A DNA stretch of 61,151 bases, filler included, from Sphacelaria rigidula (Eukaryota): NCBI GenBank assembly GCA_964200075.2. It is 10 parts of 10 records of this genome, joined end to end, with 100 filler letters (N's around TTAATTAATTAA, not from the genome) between each part and the next. Parts side by side here need not be neighbours in the genome. Positions count along the whole stretch, not along the records: positions 42,877 to 48,901 come from CAXNAA020022725.1; positions 49,002 to 55,026 come from CAXNAA020022726.1; positions 55,127 to 61,151 come from CAXNAA020022727.1; 7 more parts are not named here. One strand, 5' to 3'. How positions within the stretch are numbered: the first letter of the stretch is position 1; each line of letters begins with the position of its first letter. Of this stretch, positions 45,694-57,000 are shown piece by piece. The notes under the pieces were generated by a model. That model made no database searches. It was given only the letters and a program-made list of their open reading frames with translations, and was not told the origin of the DNA. A program made the translations under genes and the position numbers.

Positions 45694-46420
45694 CTACGAA
45701 AACAGACAAAAAAGTCACACATGTGGAAATATTAGTTCAGCTCCTCAGGGAGACAGAATAAGTATAAAAGGAAGAAAGAGTGAAAATGAAAAATAACACT
45801 CTCGTGCGTTTGGCCTCGACCTAACCAACCGACGAAAAATAAACAAGAAAACAACAGTATGCACAAAAAGAGGTGAAGAAAAGCGGATTTGAACGACTAA
45901 TTTTTGCAGTTGGGAATCAGTACTGCACACGCAGTATCAAACATATCGAACCGGGACCGGCATCTACCCGTCACAAGCTATAAAAGGACTTCATGTATAC
46001 GTGATTTTCCAACAATGGATACGCCTCAAGTACGATCAGGCATGCGCGCTCACCCGGCGTCCGAATGCGTAACCGCCAATATTTCCACCACGTATCACCA
46101 AATACTACCAGTACATAACCCTACAAATCATCATTTGATGGGAATGTTTCAAGGGTGTGATGGGTAGGATAAATATCCGGGTGTTCACCCTGCCGGGTAT
46201 TTACCCTCCCGGGTACTAACCCTCCAGGGTACTTACCCTCCCGATGTTTGTGTTGCAGTGGTCCCATCTCCAAGCTGTACCCAATATCTGAGTACCATTG
46301 AGTACGATTTCAATTATTCTACCCGAGTTTTGGGTACTCAATATACGATTTTCCAAAATAACCAAAATGCTGGAACTATCCTACCCAACAAACGCTGAGA
46401 ATGTTTGCTTCTTTGCTCAC

Positions 46421-46553
46421 CGGCACCTGGTTGAGGCTCCGATTTGGCGCCTGCCCCCACAGGCGTGAGATCGCCCAGCCGAACCTTCTTCTTGCACTTT
46501 GGGCATGGCCCCTCATCGTCGGCGCCTTTCGTGATCGCGGGGGCGATGCAAGC
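46421..46553 (-). CDS. SNF2-RING helicase, second half of RING finger
   Basis: CCAG|ACIAPAITKGADDEGPCPKCKKKVRLGDLTPV..|GTGAGC; 133 nt. Confidence 0.85.
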
Positions 46554-47283
46554 CTGGTTGGAAACAAACATCAATAACAGTCACTGTGATTATGACCTTT
46601 ATATGACCCGACCCCCTTACAAACAACTCGGGGCCAGTCAATCCGGACCGTCATCTCCCAATTCACTGTCTGGGCTCGTCACATTCCTCGTCCGGGCGGC
46701 ACGCAGTCTGGCTCCCCCCCCACTCGAAAAGTGAAAAATCGGACGGAGAGTGTAGTGTAGTGGAGGGGATGGGGATGAAAGAAAGGGGGGTATGGAAGCG
46801 TGCCTACCTACCGGTGCTACCAACCGCTGACTGCCAAGTTTCCCGCATCTTCATGGCTTGGTTATCTCCGTACATTAATAACTCAAGCCATGGGAATTCC
46901 TGTTGACAGAGCACTCACTAGGCAATGCGTTCAGTACGTCAGTTTGTCCTTCCCGCTTTTTCATCGCTCTCCTCTTCAGTGAGTTTCCCTCAGTGAGTGT
47001 TTCCGTGCACTCTCCTTGGGTACGCGTATGTCCACTTTGTTTGACTCGGGGCCAAAACAAATTGTGCATTTTCGTGTGAAAGGGTCGAAAGTACAATTTC
47101 TGCACGCCCTTCCTTCGAAAACACAACGTTTTGTATGCTCCGTTTTCGAAAGTGCACTTTTTTGCGTAACCTTTCACCGGAAGTGCAGTGTTAGCATGCC
47201 CTGTCATTGAAAGTACAATTTTTTTGGCATGCACTTTCATCGATTTCAAGCGCAAAAATTTCCCTGGGATATCGGGAGTCGTG

Positions 47284-47327
47284 GGGGGCGTACTCATTTG
47301 TTGCTTGACTTAGTCGTCGGGCGTACT
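47284..47327 (-). mobile_element. LINE family B tail-only copy abutting another tail motif
   Basis: Reverse reads AGTACGCCC-GACGACTAAGTCAAGCAACAAATGAGTACG-CCCCCC. Confidence 0.7.
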
Positions 47328-47619
47328 TTTTGATCCCATGGGAGGCGTGGGCTACCTAAAAAAATAGCAAAAAAAATAAATGATGTTAACCTATGTGTGT
47401 GTGTGTGTGTGTGTTGTTATCTCATCCATTCTGGACGCCAGTCTACAGCTGTCGGTACATGTGGGCGCACCAGCCTCAACCTGTACAAAACGTAAACCAA
47501 CGCACTTATTCGTTTTCATGCACGCACAGGGTGAGTAAGTACACTTGGCATACTGTATACCCCATGAAACACATAAACTACAACCATCCCTGTGGATTGC
47601 AGTACATTGGTGTTCATAC

Positions 47620-47750
47620 CTGACAGAAGGTGTGGTTGCATCTTGTTTTCACCGGAGACTCGTACATGTCGTTGCACATGGGGCAGAAAGCATCCAACGA
47701 GGCGTGTACGGACTGGGCATCGCTCGAGACCTCGCTTTCGCTAGTCGTAG
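47620..47750 (-). CDS. SNF2-RING helicase, first half of C3HC4 RING finger
   Basis: CACAG|..LDAFCPMCNDMYESPVKTRCNHTFCQ|GTATGA; joins the next exon to complete C3HC4. Confidence 0.85.
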
Positions 47751-48070
47751 CTGTGGGAGTCATCAGTAGCTGCCCTCCAGAGCATGCCTGAAGTTTCGGA
47801 GGGAACGATCACATGAGAAAAAAAAAAAAACGGAAAAATGGTAATGAAAAACCGACAAAAGAAACAAGCCGCGGATCTCTTCATGAGCACACATACGTGC
47901 CCATCCATGAGATGCGTGGTTCGCTGCCTACCCGGGTTATCCCTGCCGGTATGGCAAGCAAGCACACGGCAGTGGCGATAGGCATGATGTTACCACGAAA
48001 AAGCTGCTCGCCGTAGGATAAGTATCCCCAACACAAACACACATACACATTGCGGCTGCACTTGCATGAA

Positions 48071-48386
48071 CCCCCCGGGAACCCATTGACGATTTCTATT
48101 TTATGTGAATCGGCATCAGGGCCTGTCGTAGCACATCAATTTCCGATGAAAAGGGGCGGTGGAAAACAAAAATCCTGGTCTGATAAGTCATTATGTCAAC
48201 CATCTTCAAAATCAACGACGATGGTTGAAATTACGACCTATCAGATCGGAATTTTTGCTTTCCACCGCACAATTTCGATCGAAACCTAATGTGCCAAGAC
48301 AGGGCCTCATTGTGACTTGAAAATGACTTGAAAATGATGCCGATTCACAGAAAAAAAAAAAACATCGTCAATGGGTACCAAAAGGG
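48071..48386. mobile_element. piggyBac-like MITE
   Basis: TGAA|CCC..ACCCATTGACGAT..GTGAATCGGCATCA ... TGATGCCGATTCAC..ATCGTCAATGGGTACCAAAAGGG|TTAA. Confidence 0.7.
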
Positions 48387-48573
48387 TTAACGAGCGACGC
48401 CCGGCTGTTGCAGTACGGAGAGAGTGATGTGCTGCACTGCCATATCCTGTCCCCTACAGTGCTACACTACACCGAAGCGTAACGAATTGTACTCTACTGC
48501 TTCGCAAGATATACAAACTTCGTGAATGTTGTGCCGTGACCTGCTCATACACCGTCACAACCTGCACACACAC

Positions 48574-48826
48574 GACACTTTCTACAATAGCCCCCCCCGC
48601 AAAAAATCAGCCCAAAAGTGTCACTGAAAAATGGCCATTCAGCGCCTGGTGTTTGTGTTCAGGCTGCATAAAGCGCTTCATGTTGGCGACATTGGCTAGA
48701 GCGAACCCAAGCGTGGGGATTCCCAGCTGCTCGTTGTGCTCGGTTTTTCCCATTTCGATTTACGTGGAGATTTCGCCCCTCTAAAAACATGCACTTTTTT
48801 TTTTTTGAGGGGGGGGGGGGGGGGGG
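48574..48826. mobile_element. MITE family D, right TIR lost in low-quality contig end
   Basis: GACACTTTCTACAATAGCCCCCC start and homologous internal sequence. Confidence 0.75.
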
Positions 48827-49001
48827 TTACTTTTTTGTTTTTTGCCTTGGTTAATGCCCCTTGCCCCCCCCCCCCCTTTTGGAGCGGGCATTTTTTTGGG
48901 GNNNNNNNNNNNNNNNNNNNNNNNNNNNNNNNNNNNNNNNNNNNNTTAATTAATTAANNNNNNNNNNNNNNNNNNNNNNNNNNNNNNNNNNNNNNNNNNN
49001 N

Positions 49002-49067
49002 CCGGGAATCGAACCCCCCTACTCAACCATCAGAAGGATACGAGGATACCAACTGAGCCACCGAGGC
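49002..49067 (-). mobile_element. tRNA-derived SINE head or tRNA pseudogene, truncated by the contig edge
   Basis: GCCTCGG-TGGCTCAGTTGG (A-box) ... GGTTCGATTCCCGG (B-box); D-stem and anticodon stem do not pair. Confidence 0.6.
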
Positions 49068-49506
49068 GACATATTGGTGCCTGCCATAAAAGTTGGTCCA
49101 AGATCATTGTTGCTTTTCATGAGCAGTCGAATTTGGGGGTCGAGACACCGTTTCCCGTGACACCCAGCAATATCCTGCACATGTACCCTTATACTGGGGA
49201 TCATCGCAAAATAGCTGGCCCTTGCGCATGACAGCTCTCTCTTTAAGTGAGAGGTCGGATGACACACGAAAGCTTCTATTTGCACCCGAGTCAACATCAC
49301 GCTCAACATTTCCCAGACACAACTCCAGAAATGAAACGAGTTTCAACACATGCGCTCGAGAGTCCGGCCCAGCAGCACGCACACAGCTGCTGAAGAGTGC
49401 ACTTCAAATGAAGCTGCTTCATATGACCCTCTGTTGATGGACGAGCACTGCAGCTGCTCTCCTCTTCTTGAGCAGGGTGGCCCCGGTGCACCATGGCATT
49501 TCCCCG

Positions 49507-49551
49507 TCATCGAAACGACACGCCATTGAGTTGTTCCACCACTGTACGAAC
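49507..49551 (-). CDS. HAD-like superfamily protein, last exon
   Basis: TTTTCAG|VRTVVEQLNGVSFR*; phase 0. Confidence 0.75.
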   Translation of the reverse strand, partial: VRTVVEQLNGVSFR

Positions 49552-49789
49552 CTGAAAAAAATAAAGGCGATAAGTCAACGTACGGTGAAACTGCAAAGTC
49601 AAAATTGAGTTGGATATTGCGGCGGCACGATCAATACGAATATCAAACCAGTGCACCATTTTCTCCCTGCGAACAAGACGGGTGGATCGAAACTCATCAC
49701 GATGAGCAACAAATCTCATGGATAAGTGCAACACTTGCATACACGCAACTCCGCGCCCCACCCCCCTTTCGAAGCCCGTTTCTCTCTCA

Positions 49790-49879
49790 GGTGTAGGAAC
49801 GGTATCCTGTCTTGGAGGGGATGCGTGGTCAGTGGCAGAATGACCAAGGCAAGCAACAAATGAGTACCCCCCCCCCCCC
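49790..49879 (+). mobile_element. LINE family B 3' fragment in intron
   Basis: GTAGGAACGGT..GCGTGGTCAGTGG..GGCAAGCAACAAATGAGTA followed by C13. Confidence 0.8.
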
Positions 49880-49904
49880 GCTGTTGAAGTTCATTCACAC
49901 CAAC

Positions 49905-50438
49905 CTCATCCACGTCTTGCACCGTGAAGTTCTGGATGACCCCCTCTGGCACCGAATTTGGGGGATGATACCTAGCCGTATTAAACGCTGCTGCCGTCGC
50001 AGCTCTCAAAATCTTCTCGCTGAACCCCACTACCAACACAGAAGAAGTCCTCTGCACTCCGAAGTCGCTGACTGCTTTTACCAAACCCGCCCTCACCCCC
50101 CTCACAGCTTCATCTCCTTCCTCATCGTTCTTCTCTTCCAAAAAAAACTCGGGTGATATTTCCGTTTTCACGTTCGTAGCCTGTGCGCGAAGCTGCTCCA
50201 TGAAATGATCAAACTCTTGCAAGGTCGTCCCCGGGCTGGCGATAACGCCTAAGCGGACGCTCCTCGATGCAAGGTATACAAGAAGATCGCCCACCCCTTC
50301 TCTGAGAAGCCAACCCGATTGCCGGCCACCCACGCGTTCTCTCGCCGCAATCAGCAAGTCCGCATCGCCACCAGGTTGCGAATTCACAGCCGACGTTGCC
50401 GACGAGGGCGCGCTGCCACGCGCCATTTTCTCGCGGAT
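49905..50438 (-). CDS. HAD-like superfamily protein, internal exon
   Basis: CAAAG|IREKMARG..WLLREGVGDLLVYLASRSVRLGVIAS..SSVLVVGFSEKILRAATAAAFNT..FTVQDVDE|GTTGGT; 534 nt. HAD motif II and IV-like segments. Confidence 0.8.
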
Positions 50439-50721
50439 CTTTGCAGCGCCGCAAGGGTATGCACGCCCGCGAGTGGGAGGGGGCACGCACAATGTTCAAA
50501 GGTGATGCATGGGTTATCATGACATCATGAAAGTCATCTTTCAGTTTCCGAGAAAAGGAAAGAGGAGGGCTTCTGCACATCACGGCAAAGTGCTCAAGCA
50601 ATCCACAAGGCTACGCGCATGGGAGGCGAAGCACTCGCAGAAAAGGAGGTACATCGACATCTTGTGTCCATCCGTTCAGTAAAGCCAACTCAGGCTCACT
50701 CCATGTACACAAACGTATCAC

Positions 50722-51111
50722 CTTAGCCATGTACTTCGCTTTGGGATCCTCGACCTGCCCAAGATCCGCCGGCTGCAGCGTCCGCGGCGGCTGCGCTGGC
50801 GTCGGAGCCGTTGCCGATGTACCACGTCCCGCCTCTCCGCCCATCTTATCCTTGAGGCTCGCTATCATCGTTCTGCCCATGTTGCGCAATCCACCAATAC
50901 TGTCTTCCCCTGCGGTTCCATCTCTGGCCTTGCTGAGGAGGTCCGATACTTCTTTCACGAGGTTCTCTTGGTGTTTTGCAATGATGGTCGGCTGTTTTCT
51001 TGCCGGAATTGCGCTCCTGCTACTTTTGCTGTTGATCTTGGATTTGGGGGACGTGTCGGCAACCGTACGACGTCCTGATCGAGCCAGGATATCATACTCG
51101 AACAAAACTGC
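50722..51111 (-). CDS. HAD-like superfamily protein, exon with degenerate motif I
   Basis: AACAG|AVLFEYDILARSG..EDPKAKYMAK|GTGATA; 390 nt; phase 0-0. Confidence 0.75.
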
Positions 51112-51120
51112 CTGTTTTGA

Positions 51121-51440
51121 GGGGGGGGGACGGGATGTGCACATGATTTTGCATGCTTTGGTCATAGGACTATTGAACTCGCATTCCTACGAAGTCGGAA
51201 TGTACCACACGGGGTTTTCGACGGACCAGGCTCGCAGTCACCACGCGCGAAGCGCCGTGATGAGTCCGGCGAGTCGCATGAAGGGTGGGCTGCACTCTGC
51301 TAAGCTTGTTCGGCCCGAAGCGTACTGATTCATCTTGTATACTGTGTAGATGATAACCTACAATGGGTAGCTTCAATTTCTGGTATCGCCACTTCCAGAG
51401 ACAAGCACGGGTCACACTCTGCCTTATGGATGTCACACCA
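51121..51440 (-). mobile_element. Family A non-autonomous retroelement, apparently full length (~320 bp)
   Basis: Head TGGTGTGACATCCATAAGGCAGAGTG through tail GCATGCAAAATCATGTGCACATCCCGT-C9. Colinear with fragments at 1566-1670, 23959, 36525 and 42897. Confidence 0.75.
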
Positions 51441-51454
51441 TATTTGCCTGTTGA

Positions 51455-51508
51455 GGGGGGCGCGTACTCATCAGTGGCTTGCCTTAGTCGTTTGACCTTT
51501 GACCACGC
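51455..51508 (-). mobile_element. LINE family B tail-only copy immediately upstream of the family A head
   Basis: Reverse reads GCGTGGTCAAAGGTCAAACGACTAAGGCAAGCCACTGATGAGTACGCG-CCCCCC. Confidence 0.75.
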
Positions 51509-51807
51509 CTGTTATGTGGGAAGATTGTCAACACGTACATAATGCCATCATTGTGGGGAATAAACTGGGCAAAATTGAGGGGCAAAGGGAAATCAATGCT
51601 TGTCAGGTGAAGAAACAGAGAGTTTAGTCCCGGGTTTTTCTCGCGCCGTTTTCAAGTGTTTGAACACGAAATTTGACGCACATATTCCTCCAGTAAAACA
51701 CGAGGTTGTCACTGTTGGTACCTGTTGAGTTCCGGCGGGGCCCTCAAGAAACCGGTGAAACCGAGCAAAACTCAGCAGGCTCCAACACGAGCGCCCTCGG
51801 GCTTGAC

Positions 51808-51873
51808 CTGAGGGACATTTGTGAAACTTCGTGTCTTAACTCTCAAAGACGGCATGAGAAATTGAGCAAACAT
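51808..51873 (-). CDS. Candidate first exon of the HAD-like gene (transit-peptide-like)
   Basis: MFAQFLMPSLRVKTRSFTNVPQ|GTCAAG; phase 0, compatible with the 51111 exon. Donor is weak. Confidence 0.3.
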
Positions 51874-51939
51874 GCAAGTGTTCCGACAATTTGGGGTCCC
51901 CGGGTCCTGCCGATGGCAAATGACCCGGAAAAATCGGTT

Positions 51940-54044
51940 AATCTGGCTAAAAATCGGACAGGGGGTGGGGGCTTGTTCGCAGAACAGCCGGAAAGCTCAC
52001 CAAGTCAATCATATGTGTTCGGAAGTTTCCCACGGAAATTCTACGCCAGGAACGAGGTCCCAGAGGAGCGCAGTGACCATTTTGATAGCTGTGATTGGTC
52101 AGAATGATTAGTACGGGACACCCTGGATGGGCTACAGACGGACTACCTCGCTGTCTAGTCGCATTTCCCATATTGATCACGACCTTCCAACCATCGATAA
52201 TATTGGCACATACGACGCGCTGTTTACTCTGCTCATGGTCTTGGCCGCCTGCCTGGCTCCTCTTGTATTGCCGGCATAACTTCACCGTTGTGTTGTTGTG
52301 GAACATTCAGCCAAGACATCATCAGCATGGAGTACACTGTGCTCGGTGGAGAGCGATGTCATGCTCACTGTTTCTTTCCGTTGTATCCAGTGAAGACATA
52401 CAGCAAACATTTTGACTATTCACTTGACGGCAGCGTAAAAGCCGATCAAGGGCTCTCTCCTACTGTTTTCTAAATAGATGCCCAACATCCACGTGTGCAT
52501 AAAAAACGTGTTTCGTGTACTGAAAAGACAGCCGTTTTGAACCCCAAAAGTGGTGCAGTCCATCTGAATCCGAGGGGGGTTAGAGTGTAAGGGTTAACCC
52601 TCAGACTGCGAGCGTCACCTCGTAACAGTTTCACGGGCTGACAGTCCAGGGACATCTGGGGGTTTCCAGGGGGAGAGGGGGGGGGGGCTTGTTCGCCGGA
52701 CAGCCGAAAAGCTCCCCATGTCAACCATGTACGTTTGGAACTTTCACACAGAAACTTATAAGCCAGGGACGAGGCCCGAGTGGAGCGGCGTGACCATTAT
52801 GACCAGTCACGGCCATCTAAGTGGTCACTTTGTTTCCCTAGAGATGGACTGCAGATGGACTGCAGATGGACTGGTCAAAAAGCTCACCAAGTCAACCACA
52901 TGTGTTTGACACTTCCTCACGGAAAATTAAAAGTCAGAACGAGGCCCAAGAGGAGCGGCGTGACCATTCTGAGCAATCACGGCTGTCGAAGTGGTCACTT
53001 TGTTCCCCCCAAGACGGACTACACACAGACTACCTCGCTGTCTAGCTGTATTCCTCATTTTGGTCACGACAAATCAACCAGAGATAACATGGGCACAAAA
53101 AACGTGCTTTTTACTCTGCTCGTGGTCTTTGCCCCCTGCCTGACCCCTCTTGTGTTGTCAGCATAGGCTCACAGTCTGCAGTGTTGTTGTGCAGTACTGA
53201 ACAAAGACATCAGCAGCATGCAGTAGACTGCTTTACTGGAGAGCGATGGCAGACCGACTGTTTTTTGCCGTTGTATCCAGCGAAGACAAACAGCACACAC
53301 ACTGACTCTGCACGCAAGTGACTGACTGCAAGGTGGAAAGCGGTTCTACGAGATTTTGACCCTTTGACGGCAAACCTCCCCTCAGATGGATTCAAATGGA
53401 CTATGCCACTTGGGGTTCAGAAAGCTCTTTTCTCGCCACACAAAACGCCGTTTTTAAGCCACTTGTGGATGTTGGGCAATTATGTAAAACATAGTCCCGG
53501 AGAACCCCTGATCGCTTTCAACCCTGTAGTCAATTGCGTGGAGAGTCAGTATGTGTGTTGTGTGTCTTCACCACGTACAGCGGCAAGAAACAGTCAGTGT
53601 CATCGCTCTCCACTGAACACCGTGTACTGCACGCTGCACGCTACTGATGTCTCTGCTTCGTGTTCCACAACAACACTGCAGGCAGTGTAAGGCTATGCTG
53701 GCAACACGAAAGGGGTCACCCGGGCGGCATAGACCACGAGCAGAGTATAAAGCACGACGTCTGTGCCCATGTTGCCTACGGTTGAATTATCGTAACCGAA
53801 ATGAGAAATACGGCTAGACAGCGAAGTAGTCCGTCGGTAGTCCATCTCCAGGGGAACAACGTGACCATTTTGATAGTGGTGATTGGTCAGATTGGTCACG
53901 CCGCTCCTCTCGGCCTTTTGGCTGTTCTGCGGACAGACCCCCACCCCTCTGTCTAAAATCACCCCCTCTCCCTTAGAAACCCCCGGATGTCCCTGGTCTA
54001 TGAGCCTGTGAAACTGTCCCGAGGCGACGCTCGCCGTCTCAAGG
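51940..54044. mobile_element. Cluster of three copies of a ~700-bp piggyBac-like MITE
   Basis: Copy 1 (+) ~51940-52593 ends AGGG|TTAA. Copy 2 (+) starts TTAA|CCCTCAGAC at 52598 and runs to ~53330. Copy 3 (-) 53360-54044 is TTGA|CCCTTTGACGGC..GCCGTCTCAAGG|TTGA. Confidence 0.8.
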
Positions 54045-57000
54045 TTGAAAACGACCTGAGAAATGGAGCGAACGGGGAAATGTTCAGAATTTGTAGGGCA
54101 AACGAAGAGCACGCGGCGAGCAAATCGCATCCCCTCGGCAATAAGCGACACGATAAGTGACTCAATTCCTTTCACCTCGTCTCATGAAATCGTCTCAACT
54201 TTCGGCGTGAGCTACTGGATGCACCAAGTAACAGACGTGTGGGGAATCTACGAGAACACGACCAAAGGACAGCGGCGTACTTGTATATTAGGAGATTTCT
54301 TGAACACTAAATCTTAGACACGTCGAGACCCTCTGATTCGCATGCCCCTAGCGCAACATCATGACCTGGGACTGATGGAAAAGCAGCGTCGTTTTGCTCC
54401 CTACATACTGAGGAGCATCTACAAACTTTTTTCGCCTGGATCTGCTTTGTGTGCGTGGAAAAAACGCAAGACAAAAATGGGTGTCTTCCCCAGCCCATCC
54501 TGAAAATGAGTTGTGCACGGTGCCAAAATAATGCCGGAGCGTGATTTTGGGGCACAACGCCCATACATGGGGATAATTTTGTAGTAAATTTAATTATTTG
54601 CGCGAAGCGCGATTATGTTCGAGCGTTCAAGATCGGCACCCTGCAAACACTGAGCGCCCGTTTAAAATTAGCGGAAGAACTAAAACATGGGACATGTCTT
54701 GTTTCACTGTACTGCAGCACAAAAACACATTCACGTCCGCTCCCATGTGCTGTAGCTATCACTGTTCTGTGGTGTGTTAAGACCTTGCGAAGACGGTTTG
54801 GTCTCCGCTGAGATTGCTTGATGTGCTGGATTGTTGTGTTCGTCTGTCTGTAAGCTATAGTATCCGTCGGGACGCAGTGCTGTCTACACGCTTGAGTGTT
54901 GAAAACTTCATGTTACCCGGACCCTCACTCGCGCGATACCGAACATGGCTGGGTAAAGGCACACAACCAGCACCGGTATACACCGCTCTACCGGCTGGGC
55001 CAGACCCCATGCTCCAATGAAAGGAGNNNNNNNNNNNNNNNNNNNNNNNNNNNNNNNNNNNNNNNNNNNNTTAATTAATTAANNNNNNNNNNNNNNNNNN
55101 NNNNNNNNNNNNNNNNNNNNNNNNNNTTTTTTTTTTTTTTTGGTGTTTGTTGTTTCTCTTTTTTTTTGTTCCGCGTGTGTCCGTATGGGTGTTTGTTTGC
55201 GTTTTTTTTTTTTTTTTTCCTCCGCTTTGATTGTCTGGTGATGAATCGCTGATGGGTTCGACCATACTGGCGTCCCCAGCGTATGATCTGTCCCAAAATA
55301 CGTGTGAAGTAAGCGAACTGGGCGGGTTCAGAGGGAGTTTTACGTGGACACTTTGATAGCTGTGGCCATTTCATCACACCCCTAGAGGAAAAAGAGAAGG
55401 AAACTATATGCTGGTTTCTCGTTGAGGAAAAGTGCTCTTGATCGGCGGCTACCACGGTTAGTCGTGGCCGGAAAAAGAGCTCTCGGACTAAGGTCAGGAA
55501 TCTCTGTGTAGCATGAACAGATTGCACACAGAAGTCAGTGAGAAGTCAGACACTTGTGGCATTCGGCTGATTTGGCGCGGGTGAGCAAATTTGGAGCGGT
55601 GAGTACCCGTCGCCCACCTGTGCCACACGCTGCTGTATCGGCGTTTTTATTTCGTTGTATCGGATTTTCTCTGTGTTTGCCTTCGACTGCGACGAACTTT
55701 GAACTTCACCACATCTCGTGAATACTGAGTGCTAGAGTACGGTTTGTGAGCGTGTGTGTAGATAGATGCGGTGCTGCGCAACTTTTGAGATGTCCAAGCG
55801 CGCGTCTAGCCACACGTCCGGTGTATGTGTACAGTGTCGCCACGTGTTTCATTCAGTCTTGTCCATAGTGTCTGTCTTCCGTGGCGATTTGTTGAGTGCT
55901 CGTTCGTCGTGTTGTCGTGATTGTGCTCTCAATAGAGGTTCGTTTTTTGTTCTTACTAGAGAGGTATCTTGTTCTTTAGAGCTACAATATATAGAGGATT
56001 GATTTGAGTGGTTCTCTTTTTTTATTCTACTTGGGCACAGGCGTTTCGTTTCTTGTTTTTTTTTTCTTTCGTCCTTCCTTTCCCACTGAGGATTGATTGC
56101 ATTGTGTTTTTTATTTTATTTTTCTCCCAATGTTTTTTTTTTGTGTTTAGTTTTATGATCTGTCTTTTGGTCTTGTCTTCGGTTTTGTTGAAATGCCTGC
56201 GTTTGTGTGTGTGTTTATTTTACACGCGGCTTTATTTTACATGTTGTTTGACATCACGCACGCCGTGATTATTTGACATTTTTCACCACCGCCGTTGTTT
56301 TTTTGGTTGGTTGGTGAATACGTCAAAACTTCTCGAAGGTGGATTTGTGAATTTTGCTCGATGGTCTTGTTTCTCGTTTTGTTTTGTGATTATTTTTGCA
56401 TTTGTGTCGGTCCATCCCATCTGTAGGGTACCGCAGCCAACTGTCGACCAATCAGATCCGGATATGAGTTTTGCGCAGTGAGCAGCTCCTGTTTTTGCCG
56501 GGTTGAAAACTTGTTTTTGACGATACGTGCTCCTATGAACCCAATGGTATCTTTGCGACTATAGAGTATGGCTTTTTCTCCGCCAGGGGAAGAGGGGGGG
56601 GGGGCAGCTTGTACTGTACTTGAAGGGTACTTTCGATGTACGCATCTTTGATACGGGCGGACATTCGACGACGGCTTTCGCTGCGCTGCAACCTTTGAAG
56701 TGTCTTGTTTTTGAATTTCGACTGTCGATCATTTTTGCGGGTAGTCGTTGAATGTGGAGAACATTGAAGTCATGACGACTCGTCTTCCTCGAACCCTACA
56801 TAGACGTCATTTTGCGTGCTTCTTGCCTGCCACGAGAAAACACGTAAGGGCCCGGGAGAGATGGGGAGGAGGCTAGAATGAAGGAGTGATCTTGACCGTG
56901 AGTCCGAGTCGTCGAGCCTTCTGTTGCGGAAAAAAAATCCGAGTTGTTTCACTTTTTTTTCTTCTTGTCGTGTTCTGGTGGTGATCGGTTGGTAGTGTTG

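Noticed and set aside
49002..49067. Functional tRNA gene
   Set aside because: A and B boxes are present but D and anticodon stems do not pair; treated as a SINE head or pseudogene.
52598..54044. Single foldback element with very long TIRs
   Set aside because: Better explained as two oppositely oriented MITE copies; copy 3 has its own termini and TTGA duplication.
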